From NCBI GenBank assembly GCA_000708835.1, contig DF237326.1, positions 27,119-91,118 on the forward strand: a DNA stretch of 64,000 nt, read 5' to 3'. Position numbers and translations under genes: made by a program. The stretch comes from Klebsormidium nitens. Taxonomy: Eukaryota > Plantae > Klebsormidiophyceae. Of the stretch, positions 39,533 to 49,783 are shown piece by piece (within the stretch, counting starts at the first letter, position 1; every line of letters begins with the position of its first letter). Below the pieces are notes generated by a model. It had not been told where the DNA came from. It saw nothing but the letters and a program-made list of their open reading frames with translations, and did no database searches.

Positions 39533-42500
39533 TTACCAGCCCCTCTTCATTGGATTGTCGTCTTCCGCTGGCTCCTCGGTTGAGTACATGGTCCGAAGGC
39601 TGCGAACGTATCGCGTCTCATATATGTTGTGCTGGTGCATGGACGGGCTTCCTGATGGAAACGTGTTGGGCCCAGGTGGTGTTCTTACGTCGGAGCGCAG
39701 TGGTGATGCGTTCGCCCCGCGATATGGCGGGCTATTCGTTGGGCTCCTTCGACGGCCAGAATCGCAAAATGGTGGAGTTTCAGTGGGGATTCTGCGAGTC
39801 ACCCGTTGTGGACCAGTATGCGGCTGGTCGGGCCTGATCGAATGCAGAGATGAGTCAGCAGCTGTTGGGGCGGGGTCGGAGTCAGATGTTGCGTCGAGCA
39901 GAGTTGGGGTGGCCGGTGGAGAAGGCTGGGGGGACGGCTCCGGGCTGGCGTCAGGTTCCTTGAGTGCTTGGTACGAATCCTGGCCAAACCGCAGGGCTGC
40001 ACAGGGAGGGGGGTGGGGGTCAGCGCTGCAAGATATGCGTGCCTAGGAAGTCGCATAAAGAGGGAGGATGGAAGAGTCCGAATCCAGCTTTGTGTAGTGG
40101 CTTGCCTGATGCCTCTGAAGGGCGAGACGCATCACTGTATCTATGCATTCCATTTCCAGACGAGGTCAGAAGGGTGACAAAAGAAGTTGACGAGATAGGC
40201 AGGCGACTGAGCGTGCCCATGGCCGGGAGCAGGTCGTTTGATTGGAGCGTACAACGAAGGGGACACCGACCTAACGGATCAGATTTGAGTGTGTCACTGG
40301 TCCAGAGTGTCTTTCGACAACAGAGCTCTGCGCCTGGCGAATGTACCAATTACCGTCGAGCACCTAAATCCTATCATATCATGCATCTTTGGCACTCTCA
40401 CAAAAAAAAAGAGGGCAAAGCCTGTCGTTGACCAGATTCCGCTGTGTACCTTAAAACGAACTCCTTTCGCTTAGAAAGAGATAATGATCAGGAGAGGTAA
40501 GCAAAAGGGAGCGGGTATGAAGGAATTGTTCGATGCGCCGTAATGTGGTGGCAGTAAGCGCGTGCACCCACCTGCCAGGGCCACACGCCGCAGGAGCTGC
40601 GCCGCATATGCAAGCTCGCTCTGGTGTGCAGCCACAAAATGACTCTGAGGAGCAGCGAGGAGAGCGTCGTGAGCAGGGCCAGCCCACAAGGGGACACAGC
40701 ATGACAGTTATCCACGACGCTTGTTATCTGCCATTTGATTGACTTCTTCAATGGCCGGAATAGGGTGTAAGCCGGGAGGAGTGCTTGCAGCGCCAGAGAG
40801 AATCCGACCACGTCCGTCATACAACGAGAGGACTTACGTTCTTAAGAGCTCTGCCTGCACATGGCTCGAAGAACCCCCGTTGGACCATCTCAAGACGAGA
40901 GATAAGATCTTAAAAGGATGTACGTTTGTCGCAACTTGTGCAATATATGTAAGTCGTTTCACGCTACCCCCCAGCTACGATTCAACAACGCTTCCTTTGT
41001 AGTCGGCTTGTATCAGCCTTGTTCTTCAAAACATCTGCGGTTCCGCATCAGGTCTGTAAGCTTGAACCAAAAAAGCGGCACAGGCATATCCACAGACTGT
41101 CATTGAGTAATCTAGGGCGCTCTTTGGAAGTTGAGTTGAGCATATGATCTCCGTGCGAAGTACTCAGCAAGAAGCTGACGAGTGGCGGAGCCGCACGCTG
41201 CGCCTGTGCTCACCAGGTGTGCCCGGGTGCCCGTCACCAGGCGGTCCATGCGGCCCTGGTGCCGCCGCAGCAACGGCCGCAGGAGGCGCATGTACAGCAC
41301 CCGCGCGCCCTGCCCAACCAAAAGAGACGCGATGAGTGACTACGAGGGCAGGGCCCGAGTGACTGGGGGGGATGAGTCCAACAGCAAAAGGGCAGGAGCG
41401 GTGTGCAACTGGCTGGGCGGTGTGCAGGGGCCCGGTGTGCAGGCTGAGCCGCCCGGCTTACGCTGTTGCTGGGAGGGACCTGGAGCCAGATGAGGAAGGC
41501 AAGCTTGAGGTGGTAGTACAGGGGGAGCCAGGACAGCCAGCGCTCACAGGAGGACTCAGCCACGCTCAGGCAGCCGCATACTGCACGAGGGAAAGGGTGA
41601 GAGGTCACAGCCGACTGCTTAGAAAGTAACAAGTTGGCAGGACGGACGACATCGACGGAAAAGGTGGTCAAAGCATCGCCCTCGCTGAGTAGAGGCAGCC
41701 ACGGTGGTCTTTAGAGGATACTCCGCAGTCAATGCTTATGTATTCAGGTATACGCAGTTTACTGGACCTTGTACGTCACTGTTAGGCAAAACAGACCATT
41801 CAGTTGACTGTTGTACTTCACTGTTTAGACGAAGTAGACTCGCTCAATGCAATCCTGCACTTGGCTGTGCGGACTAGACAAACCATTTGAGTCGGTTCTT
41901 GTACGTAGATGGTTGGATTCCAGTTTGAGCCACTGCAACAAAGGGCTTGCAATGATGCAAAATACTCCTGATTAGTAAAGAGATCCGTTCTCGGAGACCG
42001 CAGCCCGGCTGCCCCACCTGCCCAGTATGTGAGCCAGTGATTCCTTTCTGCCTCGTCCTCCCCACTTGTCCCCTTGCGCTCGAGTACCTTGTAGGTGCAG
42101 TATACGGGCATGCCAATCCCCACAATGCCGCTGCAAAGGAAACAGGGTCAAGGCTCAGGCATGCCCAGCCAGTTGACCGATCCTCTATCTAAAAGCAGTC
42201 CCATTGCCTACTCTGGATGGAAGGACACCTTCCCCAATGATAGCCCTATGCGTCATTTTGGCACTCAGATTGCCTGGCATGCACCCACCACCTGCAGAAG
42301 CTGCGCACTTCACCACTACAAGTGCGCAACCTCTACCACAATTGTGTCTCTGTGCCGGCTTCACCGCCCCTCCCCATCTCACCATGCGGACCGCACCAGG
42401 ATGGAGGAGGAGCCCGGCGAGAGCAGTAGACGCAGCCCCAGCTGGTCCAGACAAGCAGCGGGAAGTGAGGGGCTGACAGAAAAGAGAGGCCAATACCGCT

Positions 42501-42908
42501 TGCCCCACCAAACTCCTGATAGTTGCTGACACGCAAGGAAGGCCAGCAAAGCTCGACCATACGTTCGATCTTCAATCCTCTGGTTATTCCCCATTACTCT
42601 GCCAGGATTTTCTATGGCTGCCTCTGCTTCACGAAAGAAGCAAGCCAGAAGACAAGGATGGCATAGCCATCCAGGTCCACTCATGTGCATTGCACCCAAT
42701 TATCGGAGAAATCTTCATTTGCACAGCAAGCAAAACCAAGTCCTGGTATGGTTGTGACGGTCAACCCCTTCACTTCAATTGTGCACATCAACATCACCGT
42801 GAAGGCAAAAGTTGCACATCTCCAATCAGAATGCTGCACACCTCATGAATCCTGGCAGGACCTGCTCACCTCTCCTCCCAAGCCAAGTCCGCTGCTAAGG
42901 AGGGCCAT
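39533..42908 (-). CDS. HVA22K: HVA22/REEP/DP1/Yop1 family ER-shaping protein, HVA22K-like, with long low-complexity C-terminal tail, 7 exons
   Basis: Exons: 42908-42870, 42441-42383, 42130-42018, 41580-41462, 41309-41214, 40644-40572, 39996-39533; in phase. Reads MALLSSGLGLGGELGLRLLLSPGSSSILVRSACGIVGIGMPVYCTYKVLE...WLTYWAVCGCLSVAE...SWLPLYYHLKLAFLIWLQVPPSNSGARVLYMRLLRPLLRRHQGRMD. The last exon is less certain. Confidence 0.88.
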
Positions 42909-42944
42909 TGGCTCAGCAACACAATCTCCCTAGCTGCTCCCTGG

Positions 42945-42968
42945 TCTCTAGAGTCTAGACTCTAGAGA
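42945..42968. repeat. Perfect 24-bp palindrome TCTCTAGAGTCTAGACTCTAGAGA
   Basis: The sequence equals its own reverse complement and contains three TCTAGA sites. It lies about 37 bp upstream of the HVA22K ATG. Confidence 0.95.
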
Positions 42969-43089
42969 ATCTTGGAGCGCAGCTGTCGCCTCCGGCCGAG
43001 TCTCCGACTCCAAGTCCTCCTTAGGCTTCGATAAGACTTCAATTTAGGTATTAAGTAAGCTTCAGGTAAAGTAAGCCAAGCAGCCTGGG

Positions 43090-43200
43090 ACGGGTGGGGT
43101 TAGTTTGGGGGTTAGGGTGGGTTTGGGTGCGGAGCGGGTGTTTTTGAGGGTTAGGTTTTTAGTGTTAGGCTGGGAGCTTACTATACCTAGAGCTTAGGGT
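43090..43200. repeat. Degenerate telomere-like G-rich tract (GGGTTAG / TTTTAG variants)
   Basis: ggggttagtttgggggttagggtgggtttggg...gagggttaggtttttagtgttagg; no perfect long array. Confidence 0.5.
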
Positions 43201-43371
43201 AAGGTCATTTTGTAGTGGNNNNNNNNNNNNNNNNNNNNATTTCCGAGCCTGCGGCTCGACCATGGCGGAAACTCCGAGCCCCCCCCCCCTCCTCCTGCCC
43301 TCAGGATTCCAAACCCCCAACCCCCACCCTCTGAACTAAACATAGGGGGTCAGCTTCAACATGACCTTACC
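43197..43371. mobile_element. Probable PIF/Harbinger-like MITE (diverged relative of 44070-44601), interrupted by a gap
   Basis: Left end gggtaaggtcattttgtagtgg; right end cagcttcaacatgaccttacc. Both resemble the TIR of the 44070 element. Flanks are TTA and TAA, so the TSD is not a clean direct repeat. True length is unknown because of the N run. Confidence 0.6.
43219..43238. other. Assembly gap (20 N)
   Basis: N run visible. Confidence 1.
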
Positions 43372-43375
43372 TAAT

Positions 43376-43787
43376 GCCCGGTTCACATGCGTCTTCGTGA
43401 ACTTCTGAAACCAGCCAAAACTGTCCAGTGGCGGTGTTTTCAATGAAAACCACGGGCGCGAAAACACTGTCGATTTTGCCGGTCGCGGAGCCGACCAGCG
43501 GGTGTTTGGGGCCACATGGGGTTCATATGGGGCCACGGAAACCACCGGTTTTGGTCGTCGGTCGCACTTCAAATCGAAAACCGCGACCAAAACTCGACCA
43601 AAACCACGAATACGCAGGGTCGAAACTCGGTTGGCAAAACAGCGAGTTTTCGCCGGTTTTGGCCAACCGGCAGAAACTAGACCACGGTTTTCGAAAACAG
43701 CGTTCACATACGTCCCGCAGGTTTCGGACCTGCCACGTAGGACGAAACCAGCCTAACCACGCCAAATTCGACGCATGTGAACCGGCC
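43376..43787. mobile_element. MITE-like element (about 412 bp) with 16-18-bp terminal inverted repeats
   Basis: Left gcccggttcacatgcgtc (43376-43393); right gacgcatgtgaaccggcc (43770-43787). The inner 16 bp are perfectly inverted. The interior is rich in CCAAAAC/GGTTTT motifs. TSD unclear (aat / tat). Confidence 0.75.
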
Positions 43788-44069
43788 TATAAATTGAAGA
43801 GACATCCTCCTCGCCGCCGTCGGCGTTGGCACCTGGGCGTCGGACTGAGTTCAGCTCTGCTCGGCCGGGGTGTTACGGTGTGATTCTCGGAAGTCACTGC
43901 GCACCGTCCGCACTGGTTAGGACGGCTGGGCCTTGGTGCGGCCGCCCTTCGGACGGTCAAAGGCCCGCGGCCGCCCGTCCGCAACTGCATGGTTGATTTT
44001 GAGACTTGAAACTTTGTGACTCAAACCGGGAGCCGGAGGGACCGTTGAGACTGTTGACACTTAGGCTAA

Positions 44070-44601
44070 GGGGAAGGTCACTTTGAAGTGGTACCCCCCC
44101 CTAATTATTTGTAGAGGGTTTTTGTCGGGAGCGCTGGGTCCCTCCCCCATACCCACGGCACAAGTGAAATCGGAGCGTCGGGCCCCCCTCCCATATTGTT
44201 TTTCCCGGATCAAGGCCCTGGGTACCCCCCCTATATCTTTATTTGGGAGAAGCCAAAATTGGATAGAGAAGTCGCTTATGCGGGCATATGAAACCGGTTT
44301 CTTTGCACTAATCTGCGTTTTAGATTTTCGTATGGGGCATTTTGCCTTTAGGTTTTGACGAATATAAGTTCATATACGCCATTTGGAGCCTGATTTAGCC
44401 TCAGAATCACATGAAAATGGGGACCGGGCTCCATGCTCCCCCCCCTTGAGCTACCTAAAAGGCTAAGCTCGTTAGGTGCCCCCCCATCGTGAGCAAAGTG
44501 TGGGTGTGTCCCCCCCCCATAGGGACCCCGAGCCGCGCTCGGAGCCCTAGGCTCCCCCCCCTCACAAAAAGGGGGGGTACCACTTCAAAATGACCTTCCC
44601 C
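44070..44601. mobile_element. PIF/Harbinger (Tourist-like) MITE, 532 bp, TAA target-site duplication
   Basis: About 30-bp TIRs: ggggaaggtcactttgaagtggtacccccc and ggggggtaccacttcaaaatgaccttcccc, one mismatch. TAA flanks both sides (44067-44069 and 44602-44604). No coding capacity. A TAA/TTA TSD with G-rich TIR start is characteristic of PIF/Harbinger. Confidence 0.9.
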
Positions 44602-44875
44602 TAAGTAACGCAAGATCGAGGCACAAGTTGACGAATAAATGGATGTGGACGGGTTTCAAATTTGCGTCATTCCTTGTGCGACACCCATTCTTGCCCGGTT
44701 TAATGCCGCTTTATCCGACTTTTTGGGACTGGCCTGATACATCATAAGTACATAAAGTGCTCGGGTAACATCAAACCGCACCAAAACCCTAAGGACTTAG
44801 GTAATGGCTTAATCATTTAGCTAGGAACCCGATTTTAGGTAGAAAAGGAGTCACAGGAAGTTGCGTACGGTATTA

Positions 44876-45483
44876 CAGTAGGTAACCTAAAATACCATGT
44901 GACCTAACCCTAAGGTCACTGACAGTGCCCGGTTGCTTTCTGGGCAAGTGCCAAGTGCCAAGGATGCCAGGGTGTCGCCCGAGAAATGACGGTTCGTACC
45001 GTCCACTGCTATCCTGCGCCCTGTGGTGTTTACCAATTCTCGTGGCACACATTGAGGCGTCTTACATGGAGGGTGAGTTGCCGACGGTAAATGGTAACTT
45101 ACCGGGCACTGTCGCAACTTTGCAAGTACCGCCCAGACTTACCGTGGGCTCGCCGCAATCCGCGATTTACATGGTCCGAGGGTAAGTCGATGGTAAGTCC
45201 CGATCGAGGCCAAATTCGCACTCATTTCGGACTTACCACGACTTACCACGAGTTACCTCATCGATTTCGATGAGTTAAATTGGGGCCTACTTTACCGTCG
45301 GTAGACTCGACTTACCACGGTAAGTCGCTACCATGTAAAAGGCAAGTCGTGGTAAGTCCGAAATTCGACTTTACGTCGGAACTTTAACCTCCATGTAAAA
45401 CGCCTCATTATCTGGCATCAGTGATCACTGGTGTCAGTGTCACTCTGGAGTGGGTACCTACCTACCTAGTACGGTACCTACCG
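44876..45483. mobile_element. TA-flanked non-autonomous element (Tc1/mariner-like), 608 bp, short TIR C(A/G)GTAGGTA
   Basis: TA|CAGTAGGTAACCT...GTACGGTACCTACCG|TA. Both end types recur, in opposite orientation, at 55867-56424. The interior carries many GACTTACC/GGTAAGTC motifs. Confidence 0.65.
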
Positions 45484-46123
45484 TAGGAAGGACCGTGACC
45501 GTTGGTTGGGCGCGCTGTCGCGACGGTCGAGTCTACCTAGTACTGTCTTCCCCTTCTCTTTCCATCCTCCTCGTACTCGTAGGAACTTGGAAGTCATGAA
45601 TCATGCCTACCATGGTATGTCTGGTACCATGCATTATTGGCACACCTACGGTTCAACTTCAAATGCAAGGCCAAGATCTCTTCGAGTCCGGCATCAACGT
45701 GCTAATAGTATTATACATGTACCGTATCTCTCCATGGGCACAAGTAGACACAATCTAGGAACAGAAGCAATGCCATGTTGCTGACCCTTGACGATTCCAT
45801 GTAAGCTTACCTTCATCGTTCAACGCTACCATAGTGTATCCCTTCCCCTCAAACAAGGATCTCAACCAGATTTTCTCCTCTGTACGACGGTCGGCATGAT
45901 CTGTCTCTCCCCTATCCTTGGTGTTCCAACATTCTGTTGTTCACCTTGTTCCTTTTCTCAAATTCACTCGCGAAATTCTTCGTCTTTTGTTCTGGCTCTC
46001 GTTCGTGCAGTGGAGCGCCCATGCACAACTTTGAGGTCTAGATGACGCCAAGTCGAGTGTACGCTTCCTGATTGCCTGCTGCATGCAAGTAGACAAGAAG
46101 GGCATATCACAACGGGCTAGAAG

Positions 46124-49100
46124 ATGGCAACGAGGAAGAGAAAGGATGAGGAGAATGCAGTGAGCGACGATGAGACACTGAGCATATTTAGTGAATCTGC
46201 TGATTCAGAAGCAGGCGGCCACAGACGAGGATGCTCGCAGTAAGTCCTGCCCTTTCATAGTGATACGCATCCTCCGCTTTTTGGCCACGAGGAGTGCGCA
46301 CTCTGTTTGAGCTGCTTCCCCTCTTCCCGTGCCAATCACTTCACCAACATGTCTTGCCACAGCATTCGCGCTGTTGCGGGCTGCCCTCCCATGCGTTGGC
46401 CCTGGGAGGATTGGGCCATTTTCTTATGGCCTTGCCTTTGTCTTGGGTTACAAATAAGTCACCTGCTGAAGCCCAGCTTGGATAGTTCCTCAGCTGCATT
46501 CAGATGCATATAGGCTCACCAAATACTGGCAGTCGCGCAGCTGACTTCCGCAATGCTCACCTGCATCAAACAACTTGAAGAGCTCCTAAGAGAAGAATAC
46601 ATCAAGAATGGTGTTCCATGCATGATCGCTTTGTATTAGGCCCAGTTGCTGCTTGCCCTTCTTCTCACCTGCGGCTGTGTTGTCTGTCCAGGTTGCAAGC
46701 GCAGGTGTGCCTGGTGGCGATCAACTTGGTGACGCTGCTGCTCGGGGTGGGCCTTGTGTATCTTGGCGTGGTTGGCAAGCAGGCTGCCAGGGATGCAAGT
46801 GAAATCACCACCCTGGTGCTCCCAGGCGCATCCCCCCCGGACCAGGTGGGATCGCAGGTCGTGCACCGGTGAGGCCAGCTCAGAGGTCTGCCACACGGGT
46901 TGGGAGGATGTATGTCTCTAAGGCAGATGCAGAACTCTGTGTCTGCGATATCCTTCACCATGTTCATACCGTACGAGGGGCTCAGATACTTCACGCTGAA
47001 AGCGCCCCAGCAAAACGCCTGTGTCAGCCAAGCGTCTGCCCCTTCCTCGCGCTCTGAAGTCTGTGCCAGCTAATTGCAGGAGTGGGGCAATCTCCTAGAA
47101 CAGTAGCTTCTGCTGAGCGGCTGCGCTTACGCCTGCCTAGTTCCTCTTCTGCAGGATGGGGCGGCAAATGGGGGAGTTCACGGCCGAGTACCCTCCGACG
47201 GACAGTCCGCCACAAAGCAGCAATGCGACAGCGCCTGCCCCTGCGGCGGAGCAGCAGAAGTTCCTGGCTCGGGAGACGTGGCTGTCCCTCTGGGTGCTGG
47301 GCGATCCTTACAACTGCCTGGTGAGCTGGCTCCGTCCTCCTACGTGCATCAGCCAATGGCGGTTGAGCTGCCAGATGCGTCGTTGTGTGGCTTTTGTTAC
47401 CGCCTGGCTTGGTCTAGTGGCAGATTGTGTGCGTGGCTGACACCGCGTGTCCTCCGGCGCAGGTTGGCTTTGGGACGGGGCTGGTCATCCTGTCGCTGGT
47501 GGGCCTGTACAGCGCGTGCAGCAACGACCGGCACGGCCTCTTCCTGTACTACACGGGCCTCATGCTCCTGGCGGGCACCCTGCTCTACCTCGGCGTCTAC
47601 TGCCTGCTCTTTGCGGACAACGCACGCCGCTTTGAGCTGCTCTACTACATGCACCGTGCGCCCGCTGGCCTGCCCAACTCGCAACAAGCCGTGCAGGAGC
47701 GCGCCATGGCCAAGGTGCGGCCCCACCGCAGGCTACGGCTACAAGCGCTGTGCGTGGCCGCTGCGTATCAACACTTGCAGAGCAGCGGGCGGTACTGTTC
47801 ACTGGCCATCCTCACTTAGGCAATTGCTCGCTGAGCTTGTGGCGTCTGCAGCAGCGTCTTGGTGGGTGAGCCCGCAAGCAGAGGTTGTGTTGCCAGCTTT
47901 GACCGTTTCCCCCGTTGGTGCAGGTGGTGCGCGCCCTGGCATGGGCGGGCAGTCTGTGCGTGGTGACATCGGCGCTGCTGGCGGGGGGGCTGTACTGCAG
48001 CAGCGCGCAGATGGGGCATGGCTACGCCGCCAAGCGCATGAGCATGGCCATGAACCTGGTCACGGTCGTCCTGGGGGGGGCCCTGCTCTACCTCGCTATT
48101 CTCACCAGCCAGACAAATGCAGGGTGAGGGAAACAAGGCCGGCATGGGCAGGAGTAAATGCACGAGGCAGCTCCTGTGCTAGGCTTTAGCAATCTGTTGC
48201 AAGTATGCGGACGAACGGACGGCTGATCTTACTTCCCACTCATGAAAGCTTTCGGCAGCAATACACTGCCAAACTTCGGAAGCAAAGAGCAAACTCTTGT
48301 TGTTTGGTAAAATCGTATTTACAGCTCCTCCTGAGGTACACGAGTGGAGTGTATTTTCTTGGAGTACGCTTCGTTATCTCAAGACTGCCCTTTGTTTACT
48401 TGGTCGTCCTGATCCGCTTCGTTGCAAAGCTAAAATCACCCCCACACGGAGTGCCTGGTGTTCTGGAGGGGCCCTCGCAGAAGACTGCTCGCCAGACCCT
48501 TGTTCGTGCGCGTGGCAGGGGCGAGTGGGCTGCCATCATTGTGGCTGCGGCGGGCGCGTCCACGGTGCTGCTGTCGCTGGTGGGCTACTTCGGGCTGAGC
48601 CGCCACAAGCGCTGGCTGCTGCTCATCCACGCCACCTGCCTGTGCCTCATCACTGCGCTCATGCTGGCGGGGGGCATCGCTTGCTTCGTCTACAAGGACC
48701 GCCTGCAGTCACAGATCAACAACAACTGGCAACTCATCCAGGCCAAGGTCAGCAGCGCCTTGGGGCAGCACTGCCCCTCAACTGGGGCGTTTGGATGACG
48801 TAGGCGAACAACATCATGCGAACTGGTTGGGAAAGTATGTTGGCAGGCTTGGCAGGTTGTCAAGTGTGTGCTCCAGTCCAGTCGGATTTCTTGCTATGCA
48901 TAGTAGGGGCAGCAGACTGGAAAGCGCCCTTGCGCACTGCGCCCTCTCTCTGCGCGTCAATCTGTTGTTCGTGGCGTGCGTGCGCTACAAGGTATTTAGT
49001 CGTGGTGGTACTGCCACCAAGAGAGGCCACAGGCTTATGGTCCTGGTTGCTCCTCTTCCGTAGTGATACTCGAGGTGGTGGCACTCTTGACGGGGGTATG

Positions 49101-49783
49101 CGTCGGTGGCAGGTGACCAACATGGACCAGCAGAAGGTGCTGGCTGCGCTGTCGTCGCACCTGGTGATGATCGGCGTCTTCTGCCTGCTGCTCATCGCGT
49201 GCCTGCTCTTCAACCTGTGCACCAGCGTGCACACGCTGCGCACGCACTGGCGCCACTGGGACAGGATTGCCGGCATGGACGCCGACCTGCATGCCAGGCC
49301 CAAGTACCGCAAGGCGCATGTTGCCAGCGAGGTGAGCAGGCGGGCAGAGCCTGGCGTCAGCGAGGACGTGTCGGAGCATGTGGGTCGTGCAAGCAGGCTT
49401 TTGTGACGATGCTGGACGTGAGCTTGGTCTGACAAGCTCCATCCTTAATACTCAGAACGTCAGCAGACAACCTCTCTAGAGCACAATCGCACTCCCCTCA
49501 AGTCTACAGGACGTCCTTGGATTAGCAGACACATATACTGTTAATCTCAAGCAGTGGCTCGTGTGCATCGCAGGGCGACGAGAGTGACGACGACTGCACG
49601 TCTTTGACCACATCCGGGAAGCTCGGAAAGGTTGGGGTGCAGGGGAAGACCCCAGTAATGGAGATGGTGGAGAGAAGTCATCCCGATCTAGAAGAAGTCA
49701 ATCGTCCTACTTTGAAAGGGGGGAAACGGTCAGCGAAGGAAGCAAGTACAAAAAACAAAATACCGATCCGCAAGGATAGATAA
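46124..49783 (+). CDS. Eight-transmembrane protein made of two tandem tetraspanin-like units (about 522 aa), 8 exons
   Basis: Exons: 46124-46239, 46692-46868, 47155-47320, 47463-47714, 47924-48123, 48519-48747, 49113-49331, 49574-49783; in phase. Eight hydrophobic segments fall in two similar sets: AINLVTLLLGVGLVYLGV vs AMNLVTVVLGGALLYLAI, GLVILSLVGLYSA vs STVLLSLVGYFGL, and GLFLYYTGLMLL...LFAD vs WLLLIHATCLCL...VYKD. The family assignment is by pattern, not by search. Confidence 0.8.

Noticed and set aside
43788-44060. Telomerase RNA, SRP RNA or tRNA downstream of a TATA box
   Set aside because: No C-rich telomere template, SRP helix-8 motif or tRNA A/B boxes were recognised. It is kept only as a low-interest finding.
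45100-45385. U1 snRNA gene (ACTTACC resembles the U1 5' end)
   Set aside because: The motif is repeated in both orientations, and no ATACTTACCTG start, U1 stem-loops or Sm site follow.
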